This document shows positions 50,249-62,052 of a DNA stretch of 64,000 nt, in pieces; the stretch's first letter is position 1; every line of letters begins with the position of its first letter. Where the stretch lies: positions 3,596,001 to 3,660,000 of the forward strand of contig CM060731.1 in NCBI GenBank assembly GCA_030704615.1, given 5' to 3'. Source of the stretch: Takakia lepidozioides (taxonomy: Eukaryota; Plantae; Bryophyta). Both the position numbers and the translations under genes were made by a program. The notes below the pieces were generated by a model. The model was not told the origin of the DNA. It searched no databases and was given only the letters and a program-made list of their open reading frames with translations.

Positions 50249-51509
50249 TCAATCTGCTGATGTTCTTCATTCCATTCCATGAGGCCTTGTCGTGATCGGC
50301 CCTTCTTCATCTTGGGTTTTTCATTCCCTTGAATGTAAAGCTCTCTGGGATCCTCCCTGCACATCATTGCCTTTCGTGTGGCATTCGGCGCGTCCTTAGT
50401 TTAGCTGCAACAATTGGCTCATTGATCAATCTCTTCCACAGCCGTCCTCCCCTTCATGATCTAACAGCGCCCTCCTGCGCAGTTTTTCATTCATTGCCCC
50501 ATTGCTTGCGCGCGCGCCATTTTCCTTCTCATTGGAGCACACTTGTGGCATTACAACTTTCTTCTCTCTCTCTCGTGCTCTACTTGGTGCTCATTTGTCT
50601 CCCCTTGGAGTGTGAAATGGCCTTATTTATCTCTGCAGCTCTGGCCGTTCCAGTAGGCAGATACCACTACAAGAGATGAGCGTTTTTAGGACTACAGATT
50701 TGGCGGAGTCATAAAAACGGCACTAGGTATACGACTACCGAGTGCTGAAATGCGTTGCAGTCATAGTTTTATCACTTTGTAGTAATGGATATCACTACAT
50801 GACTCCGGAAAGTTAGGGAGCATTGGTCAAACATTGTTGACCATGATGACATGGATGGTTTTATGACTAGTGTGATATGTTTGACTACACGTGGACGACG
50901 TTTCATGGAATCTTGTGACTCCATGACTGAAGCTGATTTTACAGCTCTATTTATATGACTACAGTTGGCTTCACGCACGAGGAGCCTTTGCTCGTTGGAC
51001 GAAGTTACGCGAGGAACGCAGTGATGAACAATCGCCCAATGGTTCCTGCTCATCCCTACACGTGTCATTTTGAAAGCACATACACGAATGTATTCATCCA
51101 TTGGATGAGTTTATCCATCGATGACATGGCATGTAAACTTATGAGTCCCTTACTGCAAATTGTTTCATAACTCTATAGATATGACTACATCACTACACGT
51201 GTCATTTAAAAGACATATACATTAAGAATTCATTCAATGGATGGGTTCATCCCTCCGCCTATACCGTGTGTTGATTTGATATATGTTCAATAAATTGGAC
51301 CTGGATGGATGTGGCCTAACAAGCATCGCAATATATATGAGATTAAAATACGCAATGGTCATGGTTGTACAAGGTTAGATCATGTGATGGAATCGTTAGA
51401 TTTTATAGGATCTAACGGTCTAGATTGTATAAGATCTAACGGTTTAAGATTACACCGCCGAACTTTACACCGGGCTGGGACTTAGGCTTTTTTGTCTCCT
51501 GCGTTTCAC

Positions 51510-53126
51510 CATCTATTTGATGTTGTGTCATGGAACGCAATGATCGCAGGATATGCAGGGGCGTGGGATGGAGGCTTTGCAGACCTTCTTACTCTTGAGC
51601 AAATGATGTTGGAAGGAGAAGAGGAAGAGGAGAAGAGATGAGGAGAAGATCCCAACATTCTTGCAAGCTCGCCGTTCTTGGGAGAGTCAGCTTGGTCTTA
51701 ATAGGCCGTGTTCCAATCTCTACCTGCTCAACTGCACCGTGGTGGTTCGATCTCACATACCAATCCGACATTACCTGACTACAGATACAAGCAGCACGCA
51801 CAAGAGGTCCTTTTGGGTTGATGGTCGGTCAAATCCTCCATGGGTCATGACACAAGGTAAAGGACAATGTGGTGAGGATACCTTCTTCTTCGACCTATTT
51901 CAGCCTGTTTTGCCCTCTCATCAGACTCGGCCCTGAGATGCATATTGAATTTTGTAAGTTAGCTCGTTGGGTGGATCTGTGGTTGTTTAGAGTGACTTTG
52001 ACAAGTTGCTGCCGATGTGGCAGCATGAAAGTATCCAAAAACAGGTAACAAAGATGAGGAGAAGCTGTGGAATGAACACTTTTCCGACCCCAGTCAATGG
52101 CGGGACAATGGAGACAAAAAGATGAGTGCATGTTGGACTACACTAGAGAGAAGTAGATGTAATTTAGAATTAGAACTATTGTAATAATTAGGGTTGGGGT
52201 TTGCTGGAAGAACTTCACGCCGTCATTGTCAGCTGCTAGCAGCAGCAAGTATTCATGATTTGTACATAGACAATGATAGTTGAAGGACCAGAGATAGAGG
52301 TCCAGGTTCATCCAAGAGGGCCGGATTTCAAACACAAGATTAGTTCTGATTCCCTGTGGATCAATAGCTACAAGAAATCTGCTAATGAGAAAATGGTCTG
52401 CTAATAAATGCACCTTTTTCAACACATTTCACCCTATTTTTCCCTCTTATCAGAATCGGCCCTAAAATTTCATGTTGAATTCTGCAAGTTAGTTGGTTGA
52501 GTGAACCTGGGATAGTTTGGAGTGACTTTGACATGATACTGCCAATGTGACAACAGGAAAATATCCAAAAGAGGTAATAGAGATGAGGAGAAGCTATGGA
52601 ATGAATACTTTTTTGACCCCAGTCAATGGTGGGACAACCGAGGCAAAAATATGAATGTCTGTCAGATTACCAGATGTTATTTTGAACACTGCCCCTGCCT
52701 TGGTGGACATGTATGTCAAATGTGGGTGCATCGAGGATGCAAAGGGAGTGTTCAACACTATGGCTGAACAAGATGTGGTGTCATGGAGTGCGACGTTTGC
52801 AGGGTATGCACAGCAGGGGCGTGGGATGGAGGCTTTGGAGACCTATGAGCAAATTATGAGGGAAGGGGTACTAAAGCCCGACCACACAACGTGTGTGTGT
52901 GTGTTTGCAATGCGTGTGCAAGCTTGGCAGCCCTGGAAAAGGGCAAAAGGTCCATGGTTGCATCGTCAAAGTTGCAAATGTACCAGGTGTCATTCTAAAC
53001 ACTCCCCTGGTGGACAATATGTATGCCAAATGTAGGTGTAGCAAGGATGCAAAGGGAGTGTTCAACAACATGGTTGAACAAGATATGGTGTCTTGGAGTA
53101 CCATGATGACCACCTTCCCCGGTGAG

Positions 53127-53180
<54 letters not shown>

Positions 53181-54560
53181 TCCTCCTCTGATGCCCTCAC
53201 ACTGTCCAGTGGAAATACAGTTAGGCATTAAACCTCCCTAAACTTGTTTTGAATATGTGACATGGGCAAGTACCTTAAGGACTATCTCAATGGCCTACCT
53301 GCCCTCATCACTAAACTGAAATTTAAACTCGGGGTGGGAAACTACAAGTGCATCCACAAGCTACCACACTTAACATACATGTTGACAAGGGTGTTGTGTA
53401 GAAAAGCATTTAATGCCTTCAATCCACTTAATATAATGTGAGCATATGCACCTGATTTTCAGTTTGCAGGCCTTTTAGCTTGATGCTCTTATGCTTGAGA
53501 CAGGGGACTTAGGTATCTGAATATGCTGAAATTATGCCTAGCTGGTTGAAGTCTATAGAGCCTCTTTCAGTTGCAGGATGGGGAAGGCAGGGGGCAATGA
53601 GGCGGGGGAAAAATAGAATACTGTTCAATATGACTCTTGGAGCATTCCAGCTTAAAATGTGATGATGTCACCATTGGGGCATGGACCTCTACAAGGGACT
53701 TGGGAGGGTCAGCATGATCAGCCTGTGTATGAAGGCTGGCAGCCCTAGAATTTTATAACCAGATGTCATTCTGAACATCCCCTAGTTCTGGACATATATG
53801 CCAATGTCAAGGGAGTGTTCAACACTATGGCTAAACGAGATGTGGTGTCGTGGAGTGCGATGCTTGCAGGGTATGCACAGCAGGGGTGCGGGATGGAGGC
53901 TTTGGATACCTATGAGCAAATGATGGGGAAAGGGGTGACGCTCGACCACATCATTTTAGTGTGTTTGAAGTGTGTGTGCAAGCCTGGCAGCCCTGGAAAA
54001 AAGGGCAAAGAGGTGCATGGTTGCATCACCAAAGCTAGAATTGTACCATATGTGATTCTGAACAATACCTCATGGACATGTATGCCAAATGTGGGAGCAT
54101 TGAGGATGCGGAGGGAGCCTTCAACACTATGGCTGAACGAGACGTGGTGTAGTGGAACGCGATGCTTGCAGGATGTGCACAGGCGCAAGGGCGCGGGATG
54201 GAGGTGGAGACAGGAAAGTATCGAAAAACAGTTAATAGAGACAAGGAGAAGCTCTAGAATGAATATGTTTCCGACCCCAGTCAATGGTGGAACAATCCAG
54301 GCAAAAAGGTGAATTCCTGTTGGAAGCAGATGCAAGTTAATATAGGAACTAGTGTGATAAGTAGGGTTGGGGTGTTTGCTGGAATACTTATAGGTTGTCA
54401 TTGTCAGCTGCTAGCAGCAAGGCAATGATGTATGCATGATTTGTGCAGAGGCAAGGATAGCTGAAGGAGCAGGGATAGAGTGTGGGTCCAGATTCTTCCA
54501 AGAGAGCCGGATTTCAAGCTCTAGATTACCTATGATTTCATGTGGATCAATAGCTACTGA
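51510..54560 (+). pseudogene. Scrambled PPR repeats interleaved with OSB-type PDF-motif exons
   Basis: PPR pieces at ~51520, 52665-53105 and 53755-54205. PDF pieces at 51790-52390, 52560-52650 and 54210-54560. Confidence 0.85.
53129..53175. repeat. (CT)n microsatellite
   Basis: Directly visible. Confidence 0.95.
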
Positions 54561-57500
54561 TCTGCTGATCCACATCACGCAACACAAAGCGTGTCTCAGG
54601 CACATATCCCGCCTCCTTAATCTGCCAAGTCAATCTCTCTAACGCATCATAGATCTCCTCTGCTTGTGGGTGAGATCTATCTCCAATGGCAAATGTATCC
54701 ATCTTGTGATTCCACCTTGAAAATACATTCTGCAGCACACTCTGCTAACTCCACATTTCCATAGATTCTGCGGGCACCAAGCAAGGCCCCTCACACTGAA
54801 GCACCTGGTTTGAGTGCCATGTTGGCAATAAAATCTTCTTCATCCAAGCGCCCTGCATGGCCAAGGAGGTCAACCATGCAGGTGCAGTGCTTTTCTGTTG
54901 GTGTAATGCCATGCTCTTGACACATGGATTGAAAATAATGACCACCTTCATCTACAAGGCCCAAATGGCTGCATGCAGAGAGAACACCAATAAATGTGAC
55001 CTCATTTGGCTTCACACTAGTACAAATCAATGAGGGCATTCCTGACGTAGCATCTGACTCACACACAGATTTGATAATGTAAGCATGGACCCACTTGCCC
55101 TGTTCCAGGGATGCTTCACACCCTCTCTTTGCATTTGTCGAAAGAGTTTGAGAGCCTCCTCACCATGACCACTATGTGCACATCCTCCAATCATCGCAGT
55201 CCATGAGACCACATCTCGCTTAGGCATTCTGACAAACACATTGAGTGCATCCATCACACTCCTGCACTTGCAATACATACTGACAAGGGCATTCCCGAGT
55301 CCAACATCTGACTCAAATTCAGCTTTGATGATGCTGGCAAGGAGCTGCTTGCCCCGTTCTAAAGCCTCCGGGCCAGCACAAGCGTTGAGGACAATAATAA
55401 AAGAGACAATATCTGCCTTCATGCCTTCTCTTTGCATGCGCTGAAAGAGTTAAAAAGACCATGACCATGCTGAGCAGATCCTGCAATCATAGCAGTCCAC
55501 GAGAGCCCATCTCGCTTGGGCATTGCACGTCAAATACTCGGGTGGCATCCATCAAACTCTCACACCTACAATACATGCTGACAAGGGCAGTCCCCACAGG
55601 GACATCCCCCTCAAGTCCAGCCTCAATGCACGCACCACATCACATTCAGCAATACTGTCAAACACTCCATTTGCATCCTCGATGCACCCACATTTGACAT
55701 ACATGTCCACCAGGGCAGTGTTCACAATGACATCGGGTACAATTCCAGATTTGATAATGTCACCATGGACCTCTTTGCACTTTTCCAGGGCTGCCAGGCT
55801 TGCACACGCATTGCAAATGCAAACAAACGTCATGTAGTTGGGCTTCACCCCCTTCGCACATCATTTGCTCATAGGTCTCCAAAGCCTCCATCCCGTGCCC
55901 TTGCTGTGCATATCCTGCAATCATCGCACTCCACGACACCACATCTCATTCAGCCATATTGTCAAACACTCCCTTCATACATGTCCATGAGGGTATTGTT
56001 CATAATGACATTTGGTACAACTGCAGCTCTGACCATGTCGCCATGGACCTCTTTGCCCTTTTCCAGAGCTGCCAGGCTTGCACACGCATTGCTAATGCAT
56101 AGAAACGTGATGTGGTTGGGCTTCACCCCTTGCCCCATCATCTGATCAAGGTCTCCAAAGCCCCCATACCACGTCCCTGCTGTGGATACCCTGCAAGCAT
56201 CGTCTTCAATGACACCACATCTCGTTCAGCCATAGTGTTGAAAACTCCCTTTGCATCCTTAATGCACCCACATTTGGCATACATGTCCACCATGGTAGTG
56301 TTCACAATGACATCTGGTACAATTCCAGCTTTGACGATGTCACCTTGCACCTCTTTGCCCTTTTCCAGGGCTGCCAGGCTTGCAAACGCACAGATGTGAT
56401 GTGGTCGGGCTTCACCCCTTCCACCATCATTGCTCATAGGTCTCCAAAGCCTCCGTCCCACGCTCCTGCTGTGCATACCCTGCAAGCATCGCCGTCCACG
56501 ACACCACATTTCATTCAGCCATATTGTTGAACACTGCCTTCGCATCCTCAATGCTCCCACATTTGGCATACATGTCCATGAGGGCATTGTTCAGAATGAC
56601 ATCGGGTACAATTCCAGCCCTGACAATGTCGCCATGGGCCTCTTTGCCATTTTCCAGAGCTGCCAGGCTTGCGCATGCATTGCAAACACACACAAACGTG
56701 ATGTGGTTGGGCTTCACCCCTTCCCCCATCATTTGTTCATAGGTCTCCAAAGCCTCCACCCCACGTCCCTGCTGTGCATACCCTGCAAGCATCACGCTCC
56801 ATGACACCACATCTCGTTCAGCCTGCATATTGTTGAACTTTCAAAACTGCCTTTGCATCCTTAATGCACCCACATTTGGCATACATGTCCACCAGGGCAG
56901 TGTTTAGAATGACATCTGGTAGAATTCCAGCTTTGACGATGTCATCATGGACCTCTTTGCCCTTTTCCAGGGCTCCCAGGCTTGCACACGCATTGCAAAC
57001 GCAAAGGAACGTGATATGGTTGGGCTTCACCCCTTCCCCCATCATTTGCTCATAGGTCTCCAAAGCCTCCCTACTGTGCATACCCTACAAGCATCGCGCT
57101 CCACGACACCACATCTTGTTCAGCCTGCATATTGTTGAAAACTGCCTTTGCATCCTTAATGCACCCACATTTGGCATACATGTCCACCAGGGCAGTGTTC
57201 AGAATGACATCTAGTACAATTCCAGCTTTGACGATCTCATCATGGACCTCTTTCCCCTTTTCCAGGGCTCCCAGGTTTGCACACGCAAGGCTGCCCTTCA
57301 CTCATCCATGTCACAAACCGGAAATGAGTTCAGGGTTTTATGCCCAACTGTTGTTCGGACATTCTGCACTCTTCCAACATGGCCTTGGACACGTCAGCTT
57401 CCAAGTCAACTTCCAAGTCAACTTCATCTTAGCAGGGTCAGTTCCTCTTGCCTAATATCCAGGTACTTGAAATCTCCTCTTCCCGTTCTGCCAGGACTTC

Positions 57501-60500
57501 ACTTGTTGGACTGGATGTTGGCAGATCCACTACCTTCGTCCCCAGACACAAAACCAATGGCCAGCTTCTCACTGTGGTGGCAAACAAAAAATTCCTTTTC
57601 CTCCTCCCCCACATCATGCAATACAAACACGTGTCAGGCACATACCCCGCCTCCTTTCATCTGCCCAGACTCAGCTCAGCATGGATTTCCTTAATTCTGG
57701 GATGTCATCTACAACGAAGGTGTGCACCCTATTGCCAACCTCAATGTAGCAGCGACCTGGCTCCTTTCTAACCCCTCTAACCTTCATCATTCTTCTCACC
57801 TTTGCAGTATTATCCCACCTACCAGCTGCAGCATAGATGTTTGATAGCAACACATAAGTCGCGGCATCCTAGTGTTCATCCCATTTGAGGATAGATGTTG
57901 CCGCACGTTCAGCCATCTCCACATTGCCATGGATTCTGTAGGCACGAAGCAAGGCCTTCCACACCACAACGTCTGGATTGATTGGCATCTTATTAATCAG
58001 ATCCACTACCTCATCCAGTTGTCTCGCACGTCCAAGAAGGTCCACCATACAGCCAAAGTGCTTTACTGTCGGAGTGACACCATGATCTTGATTTCCTTTA
58101 TTCAGTAGGCCAGAGTGGCTGCATGCAGAGAGAACACATATAAAGGTGATACTGTCCGGCTTCAAGCCATTCTTTTACATTCCCTCAAATAGTTGCAGGA
58201 CCTCCCTATGATACCATGCTGGGCATATCCTGCGAACATCGCGTTCCACGACACCACATTTCGTTCAGCCATATTGTCGAACACTCCCTTCGCATCCTCT
58301 ATGCACCCACATTTGGCATACATGTCCACTAGGGCAGTGTACAATTCCAGCTTTGACGATGTCACCATGGACCTCTTTTCCCTTTTCCAGGGCTGCCAGG
58401 CTTGCACAGGCATTACAAACGGAAACAAACGTGATGCGGTCGGGCTTCACCCCTTCCCCCATCATTTGCTCATAGGTCTCCAAAGCCTCCATCCCGCGCC
58501 CTTGCTGTGCATACCCTGCAATCATCGCACTCCACGACACCAAATCTCGTTCAGCCATACTGTCAAACACTCCCTCCGCATCCTCGATGCACCCACATTT
58601 TGCATACATGCCCACGAGGATATCGTTCAGAATCACATCTGGTACAATTCCAGCTTTTGCGATACAACCATGCACTCTTTGCCCTTTTCCAGGGCTGCCA
58701 GGCTTGCAAACGCATAGATGTGATGTGGTCGGGCTTCACCCCTTCCACCATCATCTGCTCACACGTCTCCAAAGCCTCCATCCCGCGCCCCTGCTGTGTA
58801 TGCCCTGCAAGCATCGCATTCCATGACACCACATTTCATTCAGCCATATTGTTGAACACTGCCTTCGCATCCTCGATGCTGCCACATTTGGCATACATGT
58901 CCGCGAGGGCATTGTTCAGAATGACATCTGATACAATTCCAGCTTTGATAATGTCACCATGGACCTCTTTGCCCTTTTCTAGGGCTGCCAGGCTTTGCAC
59001 ACGCATTGCAAACGCACACAAACGTGATGTGGTTGGGCTTCACCCCTTCCCCCATCATTTGTTCATAGGTGTCCAAAGCCTCCAGCTCATATCCATGCTG
59101 GGCATATCCTGCAATCATCGCATTCTAGGACACCACATCCTGTTCAGCGTGATGTGGTTGGGCTTCACCCCTTCGCGCATCATTTGCTCATACGCCTGTA
59201 CCTCTGTTTACCAACTTTGAAAGTCTCGAGGCTGAGCCAAACGCCCAGGCCCTTTTGGGGCCTAGTTATTGGGCAAACCACACACAGCAGGTTGATGCTT
59301 GTGTAAAGGGATTTCTAGAGGATATCTGGAAAACCCGGATCAATTGTTTAAACTGGGCACGGAGTCAATGGCCACAAGGCTACGGCAAACAACGTCTTAG
59401 GAATACTCTCTCTGTCTCTCCCTCCAAACGAGAGGAATTCAAGGTCAGATGGTTGGGTCAGCTGCAATGTAGGACTAAAAACACATACCCTAAGTTAATC
59501 GACTCTATCTTGGAAGCAGGATTGCCCTGTCAAACAGGTTAAGTCCTGGCGGAAGAAGCGGTTTTCAAGGATCTGATTCTGAGTCCGCAAACACAAACGA
59601 ACGTGATGTGGATGGGCTTCACCCCTCGTGTGCACCTGCTTTCCAGCTTCAAGGCCTTTCATCTTGATGCACTTATACAAGAGACATACATACGTATCTG
59701 AATCTGCTGAAATTCCTCCTTGGTTTAAAGTTTGTAGAGCCTCTTTCAGTCTGCTTGCCTCACAAAGCATCTTCACATGCCCAGAAGTGCCAGAAGAGGC
59801 ATTGTGGACTCCCTCTCTTGATCCTCTTTCAGAAGTTGTGGTAACAGTATATGCCCATAAATTTGAGCATAGTAATATATGTGCAACACCCGTTGTCAGG
59901 AGCTGATGAATTGATGGGGTGTGATGGCAGCTTGTCACTGAATGTTAAGACTGCATTCTTTATGTTGCGCTAGTTAGTTGACCATTTCCCCATGCAGGTT
60001 TCTTGTAGCTATTGATCCACAGGGAATCATAGGTCATCTAGAGCTTGAAGTCCGGCCCTGTTGGATGAGTCTGGACCCACACTCTATCCCTGCTCCTTCA
60101 GCTATCCATGCCTATGTACAAATCATGCATACATCCTTGCTTTGCTGCTAGCAGCTGACAATGACAGCCTAGATTTGTTCTAGGAAACACCCAACTCAAC
60201 TTATCACACTAGTTCCTATGCTCAATTGCATCTGCTACTCTCTGTAATCCAACAGGCATTTACCTTTTTTGCCTCGATTGTCCCACCATTAACAGGGGTC
60301 AGAAAAGTATTCATTCCACAGCTTCTCGTCTTTGTTACCTGTTTCTGGATACTTTCATGTTGTCACATTGGCAGTATCATGTCAGTCACTCCAAACTATC
60401 AAAGGTTTAGTCAACCAGCTAACTTGCAGAATTCAACATGAAAATTTAGGGCTGATTCTGATAACATGCATCTCAGGGCCTAGTCTGATGAGAGGCAAAA

Positions 60501-61140
60501 ACAGGTTGAAATAGGTCGAAGAAGAGGGTACCGTCACCATATTGCGTGAAACCCCTCCGCGCTCAAGGATGTCGGGTGGCTCAATTCTGGCTTTGATAAT
60601 ATCAGCATGGATCTTTTTGACCTTTTCTAGGTCTGCTAGGCTGGCACATGCATCGAGAACGGAAGTGAATGTGACTTTGTCCGGTACCCACCCTTCCCAT
60701 ATCATTTGCTCATAGGTCTCCAAGGCCTCCTGACCACACCCTTGCTGAGCATATCCTGCAATCATCGCACTCCATGAAACCACATCTCGTCCAGCCATAT
60801 TGACGAAAACTCGACGGGCCTCCTTCATGCTTCCGCACTTGGCATAGATGGCAGCAAGGGCAGCCTCTAGAATGATATCTGGTGCAATTCCAGCTTTCAA
60901 AATGTCAGCTTGGACCTGTTTTCCCTTTTCCAGGGCATCTATGCTGGCACACGCTGCTGAGAGCAGAAACGAACGTGACCTTGGTGGGCGTCACCCCTTC
61001 ACGTACCATTGGTCAAAGGTTCCACATTCTGTGTGCTGCTTGTGTCTGTAGTCAGGTAATGCCAGATTGGTCTGTGAAAACCACCACGGTGCAGAAAGAG
61101 ATTGAAACACGGCGTAAGACCAAGCTGACTCTTCCAAGAA
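54560..61140 (-). pseudogene. Degenerate PDF-motif/PLS-PPR/E(-DYW) gene cluster with tandem P-L-S triplets
   Basis: Repeated [53 protein letters not shown]-domain remnants at ~58165-57690 and ~54950-54570. The DYW start HHSEKLA at ~57580 is truncated. Many frameshifts. Confidence 0.92.
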
Positions 61141-61234
61141 CCTTGTAAACGCGATCAAGAACGCGGGGGTATCATCTATCCGGGTTTTTTTCCCAGTTAT
61201 TTTCGGGCAGATTGGGCAGGGCCCAAAGAAATTG

Positions 61235-61320
61235 ACGACGTACGAAACGTGGCGACGACAGGTGGCTACGACATGTGGCTACGACACGTGGCGACGACAC
61301 GTGGCGACGATGATGTGGCA
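61235..61320. repeat. Short tandem repeat GTGGC(G/T)ACGACA(C/T/G)
   Basis: About five 13-bp units. Confidence 0.75.
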
Positions 61321-61379
61321 CTATGGCACCCTATTCCTGCTCTACGCTAAACTAGCTCTCGACCTTCGGTCGTCGCTAG

Positions 61380-62052
61380 AATATATACATATGAAGATTT
61401 CCTTAAAGTTCCTTCTAAGGGGGTCCCTCTTGTGACGCCTGGGAGTTGCAACCTCCACAACCTTAGTGTCCAGCCCCAGCACTAGCCCCAACGTCGTTAC
61501 CGTTGTTGCACCCCCCCACCGCCAGGCGCCCCAAGCGACGTCCTTGTGATGACCTAAGCTGACTACAACACCATTGCGACCTCCTATGGTGATGCCGTTG
61601 CGACCCCCTGGCGTTGCAGCGTTGGCCGCCCCAGCGACGCTTTTGTGAAGTTGAGGGCTGAAAAGCTAAAAAAAACATAAACAAACAAACTCTCATTGTG
61701 GTGATGCTGTTGCGACGCCTTGGCGTCGTAGAGGCGCTGGGGCGCCCTCAGTGACGTTTTTGCGACGCCAAGGTGTCGCAACGTCCCATTTTTTTTTTAA
61801 TTAAAATAAATATTGGATTTGCGACGCCGGGGCGTCGCAAGGAAAAAAATCCGTCGCAGCGAGGGCCCTCTTCCCTCTTCCCCCTTCATGCCACCTTGCG
61901 ACGGCTCGGCGTCGTAATGGTGTCGTAGCGGGGGATTGCAACGCCGGGGTGTCGCAAAAAAATGCCGCGGGCTCGGCGTCGCGGGCTCAGCGCCGCGCGG
62001 GGCGTGGGGGCGAGGGTGGCATCGCAAAACCCCCCACCCATATGCTGTAGTG
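61380..62052 (-). mobile_element. Second, partial copy of the non-autonomous CACTA element
   Basis: Reverse-complement match to 23201-23880; ends CTGTAGTG at 62052. Confidence 0.88.

Noticed and set aside
50690-51495. Possible MULE/MITE end with ATGACTAC and GATCTAACGG motifs
   Set aside because: No partner TIR or TSD was located.
59200-59590. Insert within the PPR cluster with a LINE-like FLEDIWKTR peptide
   Set aside because: Too short, with no tail or TSD, to classify.
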